The notes below the pieces were generated by a model that was given only the letters and a program-made list of their open reading frames with translations, searched no databases and was not told the DNA's origin. A program made the position numbers and the translations under genes. A DNA stretch of 64,000 nt, from assembly GCA_964016885.1 (NCBI GenBank), contig OZ024758.1, positions 29,698,001-29,762,000 on the forward strand. Direction: 5' to 3'. Source of the stretch: Eledone cirrhosa (taxonomy: Eukaryota). Below, one piece after another: positions 1 to 12,800 of this stretch. Each line of letters opens with the position of its first letter. The stretch's first letter is position 1.

Positions 1-899
1 TTGAAAGTCCTGTAAGTGTTTTTGTTGTTGCTATCATAAAATTATAGGAAGTCATGTCAGTCTTTTTGTTGTTCCTATCATAAAATTATTGGAAGTCATG
101 TAAGTGTTTTTGTTGTTGCTATCATAAAATTATTGGAAGTAATGTAAGTCTTTTTGATGTTGCTATCATAAAATTATTGGAAGTCATGTAAGACTTTTTG
201 TTGTTGGTATCATAAAATTATTGGAAGTCATGTAAGTCTTTTTGTTGTTGGTATCATAAAATTATTGGAAGTCATGTAAGTCTTTTTGTTGTTGGTATCA
301 TAAAATTATTGGAAGTCATGTAAGACTTTTTGTTGTTGCTATCATGAAATTATTGGAAGTCATGTAAGTCTTTTTGTTGTTGGTATCATAAAATTATTGG
401 AAGTCATGTAAGTCTTTTTGTTGTTGGTATCATAAAATTATTGGAAGTCATGTAAGTGTTTTTGTTGCTATCATAAAATTATTGGAAGTGATGTAAGTGT
501 TTTTGTTGTTGCTATCATAAAATTATTAGAAGTCATGTAAGTCTTTTTGTTGTTGCTATCATAAAATTATTGGAAGTCATGTAAGTCTTTTTGTTGTTGC
601 TATCATAAAAATATTGGAAGTCACGTAAGTCTTTTTGTTGTTGCTATCATAAAATTATTGGAAGTCATGTAAGTCTTTTTGGTGTTGCTATCATAAAATT
701 ATTGGAAGTCATGTAAGTCTTTTTGTTGTTGCTATCATAAAATTATTGGAAGTCATGTAAGTCTTTTTGTTGTTGCTATCATAAAATTATTGGAATTAAT
801 GTAAGTCTTTTTGTTGTTGCTATCATAAAATTATTGGAAGTCATGTAAGTCTTTTTGTTGTTGCTATCATAAAATTATTGGAAGTCATGTAAGTCTTTT

Positions 900-3800
900 T
901 GTTGTTGCTATCATAAAATTATTGGAAGTCATGTAAGTCTTTTTGTTGTTGCTATCATAAAATTATTGGAAGTAATGTAAGTCTTTTTGTTGTTGCTATC
1001 ATACAATTATTGGAAGTCATGTAAGTCTTTTTGTTGTTGCTATCTTAAAATTATTGGAAGTAATGTAAGTCTTTTTGTTGTTGCTATCATAAAATTATTG
1101 GAAGTCATATCAGTCTTTTTGTTGTTGCTATCATAAAATTATTGGAAGTCATGTAAGTCTTTTTGTTGTTGCTATCATAAAATTATTGGAAGTCATGTAA
1201 GTCATTTTGTTGTTGCTATCATAAAATTATTGGAAGTCATGTAAGTCTTTTTGTTGTTGCTATCATAAAATTATTTGAAGTAATGTAAGTGTTTTTGTTG
1301 TTGCTATCATAAAATTATTGGAAGTAATGTGTCTTTTTGTTGTTGCTATCATAAAATTATTGGAAGTAATGTAAGTCTTTTTGTTGTTGCTATCATAAAA
1401 TTATTGGAAGTCATGTAAGTCTTTTTGTTGTTGCTATTATAAAATTATTTGAAAGTCCTGTAAGTGTTTTTGTTGTTGCTATCATAAAATTATAGGAAGT
1501 CATGTCAGTCTTTTTGTTGTTCCTATCATAAAATTATTGGAAGTCATGTAAGTGTTTTTGTTGTTGCTATCATAAAATTATTGGAAGTAATGTAAGTCTT
1601 TTTGATGTTGCTATCATAAAATTATTGGAAGTCATGTAAGACTTTTTGTTGTTGGTATCATAAAATTATTGGAAGTCATGTAAGTCTTTTTGTTGTTGGT
1701 ATCATAAAATTATTGGAAGTCATGTAAGTGTTTTTGTTGCTATCATAAAATTATTGGAGGTCATATAAGTCTTTTTGTTGTTGCTATCATAAAATTATTG
1801 GAAATCATGTATGTCTTTTTGTTGTTGCTATCATAAAATTATTGGAAGTCATGTAAGTCTTTTTGTTGTTGGTATCATAAAATTATTGGAAGTCATGTAA
1901 GTGTTTTTGTTGCTATCATAAAATTATTGGAAGTGATGTAAGTGTTTTTGTTGTTGCTATCATAAAATTATTAGAAGTCATGTAAGTCTTTTTGTTGTTG
2001 CTATCATAAAATTATTGGAAGTCATGTAAGTCTTTTTGTTGTTGCTATCATAAAATTATTGGAAGTCTTGTAAGTCTTTTTGTGGTTGTTATAATAAAAT
2101 TATTGAAGTCATGTAAGTGTTTTTGTTGTTGGTATCATAAAATTATTGGCAGTCATGTAAGTCTTTTTGTTGTTGGTATCATAAAATTATTGGAAGTAAT
2201 GTAAGTCTTTTTGTTGTTGCTATCATAAAATTATTGGAAGTCATGTAATTGTATTTGTTGTTGCTATCATAAAATTATTGGAAGTCATGTAAGTCTTTTT
2301 GTTGTTGCTATCATAAAATTATTGGAAGTCTTGTAAGTCTTTTTGTGGTTGTTATAATAAAATTATTGAAGTCATGTAAGTGTTTTTGTTGTTGGTATCA
2401 TAAAATTATTGGAAGTCATGTAAGTCTTTTTGTTGTTGCTATCATAAAATTATTGGAAGTCATGTAAGTCTTTTTGTTGTTGCTATCATAAAATTATTGG
2501 AAGTCATGTAAGTCTTTTTGTTGTTGCTATCATAAAATTATTGGAAGTAATGTAAGTTTTTTGTTGTTGCTATCATAAAATTATTGGAAGTCATGTCAGT
2601 CTTTTTGTTGTTGCTATCATAAAATTATTGGAAGTCATGTAAGTATTTTTGTTGTTGCTATCATAAAAATATTGAAAGTCACGTAAGTCTTTTTGTTGTT
2701 GCTATCATAAAATTATTGGAAGTCATGTAAGTCTTTTTGGTGTTGCTATCATAAAATTATTGGAAGTCATGTAAGTCTTTTTGTTGTTGCTATCATAAAA
2801 TTATTGGAAGTCATGTAAGTCTTTTTGTTGTTGCTATCATAAAATTATTGGAAGTCATGTAAGTCTTTTTGTTGTTGCTATCATAAAATTATTGGAAGTC
2901 ATGTAAGTCTTTTTGTTGTTGCTATCATAAAATTATTGGAAGTAATGTAAGTCTTTTTGTTGTTGCTATCATACCATTATTGGAAGTCATGTAAGTCTTT
3001 TTGTTGTTGCTATCTTAAAATTATTGGAAGTAATGTAAGTCTTTTTGTTGTTGCTATCATAAAATTATTGGAAGTCATATCAGTCTTTTTATTGTTGCTA
3101 TCATAAAATTATTGGAAGTCATGTAAGTCTTTTTGTTGTTGCTATCATAAAATTATTGGAAGTCATGTAAGTCATTTTGTTGTTGCTATCATAAAATTAT
3201 TGGAAGTCATGTAAGTCTTTTTGTTGTTGCTATCATAAAATTATTTGAAGTAATGTAAGTGTTTTTGTTGTTGCTATCATAAAATTATTGGAAGTAATGT
3301 GTCTTTTTGTTGTTGCTATCATAAAATTATTGAAAGTAATGTAAGTCTTTTTGTTGTTGCTATCATAAAATTATTAGAAGTCATGTAAGTCTTTTTGTTG
3401 TTGCTATTATAAAATTATTTGAAATCCTGTAAGTGTTTTTGTTGTTGCTATCATAAAATTATAGGAAGTCATGTCAGTCTTTTTGTTGTTCCTATCATAA
3501 AATTATTGGAAGTCATGTAAGTGTTTTTGTTGTTGCTATCATAAAATTATTGGAAGTAATGTAAGTCTTTTTGATGTTGCTATCATAAAATTATTGGAAG
3601 TCATGTAAGACTTTTTGTTGTTGGTATCATAAAATTATTGGAAGTCATGTAAGTCTTTTTGTTGTTGGTATCATAAAATTATTGGAAGTCATGTAAGTCT
3701 TTTTGTTGTTGGTATCATAAAATTATTGGAAGTCATGTAAGACTTTTTGTTGTTGCTATCATGAAATTATTGGAAGTCATGTAAGTCTTTTTGTTGTTGG

Positions 3801-6800
3801 TATCATAAAATTATTGGAAGTCATGTAAGTCTTTTTGTTGTTGGTATCATAAAATTATTGGAAGTCATGTAAGTGTTTTTGTTGCTATCATAAAATTATT
3901 GGAGGTCATATAAGTCTTTTTGTTGTTGCTATCATAAAATTATTGGAAATCATGTATGTCTTTTTGTTGTTGCTATCATAAAATTATTGGAAGTCATGTA
4001 AGTCTTTTTGTTGTTGGTATCATAAAATTATTGGAAGTCATGTAAGTGTTTTTGTTGCTATCATAAAATTATTGGAAGTGATGTAAGTGTTTTTGTTGTT
4101 GCTATCATAAAATTATTGGAAGTCATGTAATTGTATTTGTTGTTGCTATCATAAAATTATTGTAAGTCATGTAAGTCTTTTTGTTGTTGCTATCATAAAA
4201 TTATTGGAAGTCATGTAAGTCTTTTTGTTGTTGGTATCATAAAATTATTGGAAGTAATGTAAGTCTTTTTGTTGTTGCTATCATAAAATTATTGGAAGTC
4301 ATGTAATTGTATTTGTTGTTGCTATCATAAAATTATTGTAAGTCATGTAAGTCTTTTTGTTGTTGCTATCATAAAATTATTGGAAGTAATGTAAGTCTTT
4401 TTGTTGTTGCTATCATAAAATTATTGGAAGTCATGTAAGTCTTTTTGTTGTTGCTATCATAAAATTATTGGAAGTCATGTAAGTCTTTTTGTTGTTGCTA
4501 TCATAAAATTATTGGAAGTAATGTAATTTTTTTGTTGTTGCTATCACAAAATTATTGGAAGTCATGTCAGTCTTTTTGTTGTTGCTATCATAAAATTATT
4601 GGAAGTCATGTAAGTATTTTTGTTGTTGCTATCATAAAAATATTGGAAGTCGCGTAAGTCTTTTTGTTGTTGCTATCATAAAATTATTGGAAGTCATGTA
4701 AGTCTTTTTGGTGTTGCTATCATAAAATTATTGGAAGTCATGTAAGTCTTTTTGTTGTTGCTATCATAAAATTATTGGAAGTCATGTAAGTCTTTTTGTT
4801 GTTGCTATCATAAAATTATTGGAAGTAATATAAGTCTTTTTGTTGTTGCTATCATAAAATTATTGGAAGTCATGTAAGTCTTTTTGTTGTTGCTATCATA
4901 AAATTATTGGAAATCATGTAAGTCTTTTTGTTGTTGCTATCATAACATTATTGGAAATCATGTAAGTCTTTTTCTTGTTGCTATCATGAAATTATTGGAA
5001 GTCATGTAAGACTTTTTGTTGTTGCTATCATAAAATTATTGGAAGTAATGTAAGTCTTTTTGTTGTTGCTATCATAAAATTATTGGAAGTCATGTAAGTC
5101 TTTTTGTTGTTGCTATCATAAAATTATTGGAAGTCATGTAAGTCTTTTTGTTGTTGCTATCATAAAATTATTGGAATTAATGTAAGTCTTTTTGTTGTTG
5201 CTATCATAAAATTATTGGAAGTCATGTAAGTCTTTTTGTTGTTGCTATCATAAAATTATTGGAAGTCATGTAAGTCTTTTTGTTGTTGCTATCATAAAAT
5301 TATTGGAAGTCATGTAAGTCTTTTTGTTGTTGCTATCATAAAATTATTGGAAGTCATATCAGTCTTTTTGTTGTTGCTATCATAAAATTATTGGAAGTCA
5401 TGTAAGTCTTTTTGTTGTTGCTATCATAAAATTATTGGAAGTCATGTAAGTCATTTTGTTGTTGCTATCATAAAATTATTGGAAGTCATGTAAGTCTTTT
5501 TGTTGTTGCTATCATAAAATTATTTGAAGTAATGTAAGTGTTTTTGTTGTTGCTATCATAAAATTATTGGAAGTAATGTGTCTTTTTGTTGTTCCTATCA
5601 TAAAATTATTGGAAGTCATGTAAGTGTTTTTGTTGTTGCTATCATAAAATTATTGGAAGTAATGTAAGTCTTTTTGATGTTGCTATCATAAAATTATTGG
5701 AAGTCATGTAAGACTTTTTGTTGTTGGTATCATAAAATTATTGGAAGTCATGTAAGTCTTTTTGTTGTTGGTATCATAAAATTATTGGAAGTCATGTAAG
5801 TCTTTTTGTTGTTGGTATCATAAAATTATTGGAAGTCATGTAAGACTTTTTGTTGTTGCTATCATGAAATTATTGGAAGTCATGTAAGTCTTTTTGTTGT
5901 TGGTATCATAAAATTATTGGAAGTCATGTAAGTCTTTTTGTTGTTGCTATCATAAAATTATTGGAAGTCATGTAAGTCTTTTTGTTGTTGCTATCATAAA
6001 ATTATTGGAAGTCATGTAAGTCTTTTTGTTGTTGCTATCATAAAATTATTGGAAGTAATGTAAGTCTTTTTGTTGTTGCTATCATACAATTATTGGAAGT
6101 CATGTAAGTCTTTTTGTTGTTGCTATCTTAAAATTATTGGAAGTAATGTAAGTCTTTTTGTTGTTGCTATCATAAAATTATTGGAAGTCATATCAGTCTT
6201 TTTGTTGTTGCTATCATAAAATTATTGGAAGTCATGTAAGTCTTTTTGTTGTTGCTATCATAAAATTATTGGAAGTCATGTAAGTCATTTTGTTGTTGCT
6301 ATCATAAAATTATTGGAAGTCATGTAAGTCTTTTTGTTGTTGCTATCATAAAATTATTTGAAGTAATGTAAGTGTTTTTGTTGTTGCTATCATAAAATTA
6401 TTGGAAGTCATGTAAGTGTTTTTGTTGTTGCTATCATAAAATTATTGGAAGTAATGTAAGTCTTTTTGATGTTGCTATCATAAAATTATTGGAAGTCATG
6501 TAAGACTTTTTGTTGTTGGTATCATAAAATTATTGGAAGTCATGTAAGTCTTTTTGTTGTTGGTATCATAAAATTATTGGAAGTCATGTAAGAGTTTTTG
6601 TTGTTGCTATCATGAAATTATTGGAAGTCATGTAAGTCTTTTTGTTGTTGGTATCATAAAATTATTGGAAGTCATGTAAGTCTTTTTGTTGTTGGTATCA
6701 TAAAATTATTGGAAGTCATGTAAGTGTTTTTGTTGCTATCATAAAATTATTGGAGGTCATATAAGTCTTTTTGTTGTTGCTATCATAAAATTATTGGAAA

Positions 6801-9800
6801 TCATGTATGTCTTTTTGTTGTTGCTATCATAAAATTATTGGAAGTCATGTAAGTCTTTTTGTTGTTGGTATCATAAAATTATTGGAAGTCATGTAAGTGT
6901 TTTTGTTGCTATCATAAAATTATTGGAAGTGATGTAAGTGTTTTTGTTGTTGCTATCATAAAATTATTAGAAGTCATGTAAGTCTTTTTGTTGTTGCTAT
7001 CATAAAATTATTGGAAGTCATGTAAGTCTTTTTGTTGTTGCTATCATAAAATTATTGGAAGTCTCGTAAGTCTTTTTGTGGTTGTTATAATAAAATTATT
7101 GAAGTCATGTAAGTGTTTTTGTTGTTGGTATCATAAAATTATTGGAAGTCATGTAAGTCTTTTTGTTGTTGGTATCATAAAATTATTGGAAGTAATGTAA
7201 GTCTTTTTGTTGTTGCTATCATAAAATTATTGGAAGTCATGTAATTGTATTTGTTGTTGCTATCATAAAATTATTGGAAGTCATGTAAGTCTTTTTGTTG
7301 TTGCTATCATAAAATTATTGGAAGTCTTGTAAGTCTTTTTGTGGTTGTTATAATAAAATTATTGAAGTCATGTAAGTGTTTTTGTTGTTGGTATCATAAA
7401 ATTATTGGAAGTCATGTAAGTCTTTTTGTTGTTGCTATCATAAAATTATTGGAAGTCATGTAAGTCTTTTTGTTGTTGCTATCATAAAATTATTGGAAGT
7501 CATGTAAGTCTTTTTGTTGTTGCTATCATAAAATTATTGGAAGTAATGTAAGTTTTTTGTTGTTGCTATCATAAAATTATTGGAAGTCATGTCAGTCTTT
7601 TTGTTGTTGCTATCATAAAATTATTGGAAGTCATGTAAGTATTTTTGTTGTTGCTATCATAAAAATATTGAAAGTCACGTAAGTCTTTTTGTTGTTGCTA
7701 TCATAAAATTATTGGAAGTCATGTAAGTCTTTTTGGTGTTGCTATCATAAAATTATTGGAAGTCATGTAAGTCTTTTTGTTGTTGCTATCATAAAATTAT
7801 TGGAAGTCATGTAAGTCTTTTTGTTGTTGCTATCATAAAATTATTGGAAGTCATGTAAGTCTTTTTGTTGTTGCTATCATAAAATTATTGGAAGTCATGT
7901 AAGTCTTTTTGTTGTTGCTATCATAAAATTATTGGAAGTAATGTAAGTCTTTTTGTTGTTGCTATCATAAAATTATTGGAAGTCATATCAGTCTTTTTAT
8001 TGTTGCTATCATAAAATTATTGGAAGTCATGTAAGTCTTTTTGTTGTTGCTATCATAAAATTATTGGAAGTCATGTAAGTCATTTTGTTGTTGCTATCAT
8101 AAAATTATTGGAAGTAATGTAAGTCTTTTTGTTGTTGCTATCATAAAATTATTTGAAGTAATGTAAGTGTTTTTGTTGTTGCTATCATAAAATTATTGGA
8201 AGTAATGTGTCTTTTTGTTGTTGCTATCATAAAATTATTGGAAGTAATGTAAGTCTTTTTGTTGTTGCTATCATAAAATTATTGGAAGTCATGTAAGTCT
8301 TTTTGTTGTTGCTATTATAAAATTATTTGAAATCCTGTAAGTGTTTTTGTTGTTGCTATCATAAAATTATAGGAAGTCATGTCAGTCTTTTTGTTGTTCC
8401 TATCATAAAATTATTGGAAGTCATGTAAGTGTTTTTGTTGTTGCTATCATAAAATTATTGGAAGTAATGTAAGTCTTTTTGATGTTGCTATCATAAAATT
8501 ATTGGAAGTCATGTAAGACTTTTTGTTGTTGGTATCATAAAATTATTGGAAGTCATGTAAGTCTTTTTGTTGTTGGTATCATAAAATTATTGGAAGTCAT
8601 GTAAGTCTTTTTGTTGTTGGTATCATAAAATTATTGGAAGTCATGTAAGACTTTTTGTTGTTGCTATCATGAAATTATTGGAAGTCATGTAAGTCTTTTT
8701 GTTGTTGGTATCATAAAATTATTGGAAGTCATGTAAGACTTTTTGTTGTTGGTATCATAAAATTATTGGAAGTCATGTAAGTGTTTTTGTTGCTATCATA
8801 AAATTATTGGAGGTCATATAAGTCTTTTTGTTGTTGCTATCATAAAATTATTGGAAATCATGTATGTCTTTTTGTTGTTGCTATCATAAAATTATTGGAA
8901 GTCATGTAAGTCTTTTTGTTGTTGGTATCATAAAATTATTGGAAGTCATGTAAGTGTTTTTGTTGCTATCATAAAATTATTGGAAGTGATGTAAGTGTTT
9001 TTGTTGTTGCTATCATAAAATTATTAGAAGTCATGTAAGTCTTTTTGTTGTTGCTATCATAAAATTATTGGAAGTCATGTAAGTCTTTTTGTTGTTGCTA
9101 TCATAAAATTATTGGAAGTCTTGTAAGTCTTTTTGTGGTTGTTATAATAAAATTATTGAAGTCATGTAAGTGTTTTTGTTGTTGGTATCATAAAATTATT
9201 GGAAGTCATGTAAGTCTTTTTGTTGTTGGTATCATAAAATTATTGGAAGTAATGTAAGTCTTTTTGTTGTTGCTATCATAAAATTATTGGAAGTCATGTA
9301 ATTGTATTTGTTGTTGCTATCATAAAATTATTGGAAGTCATGTAAGTCTTTTTGTTGTTGCTATCATAAAATTATTGGAAGTCTTGTAAGTCTTTTTGTG
9401 GTTGTTATAATAAAATTATTGAAGTCATGTAAGTGTTTTTGTTGTTGGTATCATAAAATTATTGGAAGTCATGTAAGTCTTTTTGTTGTTGCTATCATAA
9501 AATTATTGGAAGTAATGTAAGTCTTTTTGTTGTTGCTATCATAAAATTATTGGAAGTCATGTAAGTCTTTTTGTTGTTGCTATCATAAAATTATTGGAAG
9601 TCATGTAAGTCTTTTTGTTGTTGCTATCATAAAATTATTGGAAGTAATGTAAGTTTTTTGTTGTTGCTATCATAAAATTATTGGAAGTCATGTCAGTCTT
9701 TTTGTTGTTGCTATCATAAAATTATTGGAAGTCATGTAAGTATTTTTGTTGTTGCTATCATAAAAATATTGGAAGTCGCGTAAGTCTTTTTGTTGTTGCT

Positions 9801-12800
9801 ATCATAAAATTATTGGAAGTCATGTAAGTCTTTTTGGTGTTGCTATCATAAAATTATTGGAAGTCATGTAAGTCTTTTTGTTGTTGCTATCATAAAATTA
9901 TTGGAAGTCATGTAAGTCTTTTTGTTGTTGCTATCATAAAATTATTGGAAGTAATATAAGTCTTTTTGTTGTTGCTATCATAAAATTATTGGAAGTCATG
10001 TAAGTCTTTTTGTTGTTGCTATCATAAAATTATTGGAAATCATGTAAGTCTTTTTGTTGTTGCTATCATAACATTATTGGAAATCATGTAAGTCTTTTTC
10101 TTGTTGCTATCATGAAATTATTGGAAGTCATGTAAGACTTTTTGTTGTTGCTATCATAAAATTATTGGAAGTAATGTAAGTCTTTTTGTTGTTGCTATCA
10201 TAAAATTATTGGAAGTCATGTAAGTCTTTTTGTTGTTGCTATCATAAAATTATTGGAAGTCATGTAAGTCTTTTTGTTGTTGCTATCATAAAATTATTGG
10301 AATTAATGTAAGTCTTTTTGTTGTTGCTATCATAAAATTATTGGAAGTCATGTAAGTCTTTTTGTTGTTGCTATCATAAAATTATTGGAAGTCATGTAAG
10401 TCTTTTTGTTGTTGCTATCATAAAATTATTGGAAGTCATGTAAGTCTTTTTGTTGTTGCTATCATAAAATTATTGGAAGTAATGTAAGTCTTTTTGTTGT
10501 TGCTATCATACAATTATTGGAAGTCATGTAAGTCTTTTTGTTGTTGCTATCTTAAAATTATTGGAAGTAATGTAAGTCTTTTTGTTGTTGCTATCATAAA
10601 ATTATTGGAAGTCATATCAGTCTTTTTGTTGTTGCTATCATAAAATTATTGGAAGTCATGTAAGTCTTTTTGTTGTTGCTATCATAAAATTATTGGAAGT
10701 CATGTAAGTCATTTTGTTGTTGCTATCATAAAATTATTGGAAGTCATGTAAGTCTTTTTGTTGTTGCTATCATAAAATTATTTGAAGTAATGTAAGTGTT
10801 TTTGTTGTTGCTATCATAAAATTATTGGAAGTAATGTGTCTTTTTGTTGTTCCTATCATAAAATTATTGGAAGTCATGTAAGTGTTTTTGTTGTTGCTAT
10901 CATAAAATTATTGGAAGTAATGTAAGTCTTTTTGATGTTGCTATCATAAAATTATTGGAAGTCATGTAAGACTTTTTGTTGTTGGTATCATAAAATTATT
11001 GGAAGTCATGTAAGTCTTTTTGTTGTTGGTATCATAAAATTATTGGAAGTCATGTAAGACTTTTTGTTGTTGCTATCATGAAATTATTGGAAGTCATGTA
11101 AGTCTTTTTGTTGTTGGTATCATAAAATTATTGGAAGTCATGTAAGTGTTTTTGTTGCTATCATAAAATTATTGGAGGTCATATAAGTCTTTTTGTTGTT
11201 GCTATCATAAAATTATTGGAAGTCATGTAAGTCTTTTTGTTGTTGCTATCATAAAATTATTGGAAGTCATGTAAGTCTTTTTGTTGTTGGTATCATAAAA
11301 TTATTGGAAGTCATGTAAGTGTTTTTGTTGCTATCATAAAATTATTGGAAGTGATGTAAGTGTTTTTGTTGTTGCTATCATAAAATTATTAGAAGTCATG
11401 TAAGTCTTTTTGTTGTTGCTATCATAAAATTATTGGAAGTCATGTAAGTCTTTTTGTTGTTGCTATCATAAAATTATTGGAAGTCTTGTAAGTCTTTTTG
11501 TGGTTGTTATAATAAAATTATTGAAGTCATGTAAGTGTTTTTGTTGTTGGTATCATAAAATTATTGGAAGTCATGTAAGTCTTTTTGTTGTTGGTATCAT
11601 AAAATTATTGGAAGTAATGTAAGTCTTTTTGTTGTTGCTATCATAAAATTATTGGAAGTCATGTAAGTGTTTTTGTTGTTGCTATCATAAAATTATTGGA
11701 AGTCATGTAAGTCTTTTTGTTGTTGCTATCATAAAATTATCGGAAGTCTTGTAAGTCTTTTTGTGGTTGTTATAATAAAATTATTGAAGTCATGTAAGTG
11801 TTTTTGTTGTTGGTATCATAAAATTATTGGAAGTCATGTAAGTCTTTTTGTTGTTGCTATCATAAAATTATTGGAAGTAATGTAAGTCTTTTTGTTGTTG
11901 CTATCATAAAATTATTGGAAGTCATGTAAGCCTTTTTGTTGTTGCTATCATAAAATTATTGGAAGTCATGTAAGTCTTTTTGTTGTTGCTATCATAAAAT
12001 TATTGGAAGTAATGTAAGTTTTTTGTTGTTGCTATCATAAAATTATTGGAAGTCATGTCAGTCTTTTTGTTGTTGCTATCATAAAATTATTGGAAGTCAT
12101 GTAAGTCTTTTTGTTGTTGCTATCATAAAAATATTGGAAGTCACGTAAGTCTTTTTGTTGTTGCTATCATAAAATTATTGGAAGTCATGTAAGTCTTTTT
12201 GTTGTTGCTATCATAAAATTATTGGAAGTCATGTAAGTCTTTTTGTTGTTGCTATCATAAAATTATTGGAAGTCATGTAAGTCTTTTTGTTGTTGCTATC
12301 ATAAAATTATTGGAAGTAATATAAGTCTTTTTGTTGTTGCTATCATAAAATTATTGGAAGTCATGTAAGTCTTTTTGTTGTTGCTATCATAAAATTATTG
12401 GAAGTAATATAAGTCTTTTTGTTGTTGCTATCATAAAATTATTGGAAGTCATATCAGTCTTTTTGTTGTTGCTATCATAAAATTATTGGAAATCATGTAA
12501 GTCTTTTTGTTGTTGCTATCATAAAATTATTGGAAGTCATGTAAAGTCTTTTTGTTGTTGCTATCATAAAATTATTTGAAGTAATGTAAGTGATTTTGTT
12601 GTTGCTATCATAAAATTATTGGAAGTAATGTAACTCTTTTTGTTGTTGCTATCATAAAATTATTGGAAGTAATGTAAGTCTTTTTGTTGTTGCTATCATA
12701 AAATTATTGGAAGTCATGTAAGTCTTTTTGTTGTTGCTATTATAAAATTATTTGAAAGTCATGTAAGTGTTTTTGTTGTTGCTATCATAAAATTATAGGA

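Noticed and set aside
2085-2100. Bacterial -10 box (TATAAT) in the divergent monomer and AP-1/CRE-like half sites (GTCAT) in the consensus
   Set aside because: Short motifs like these are expected by chance in AT-rich DNA. There is no -35 element, downstream gene or other supporting context.
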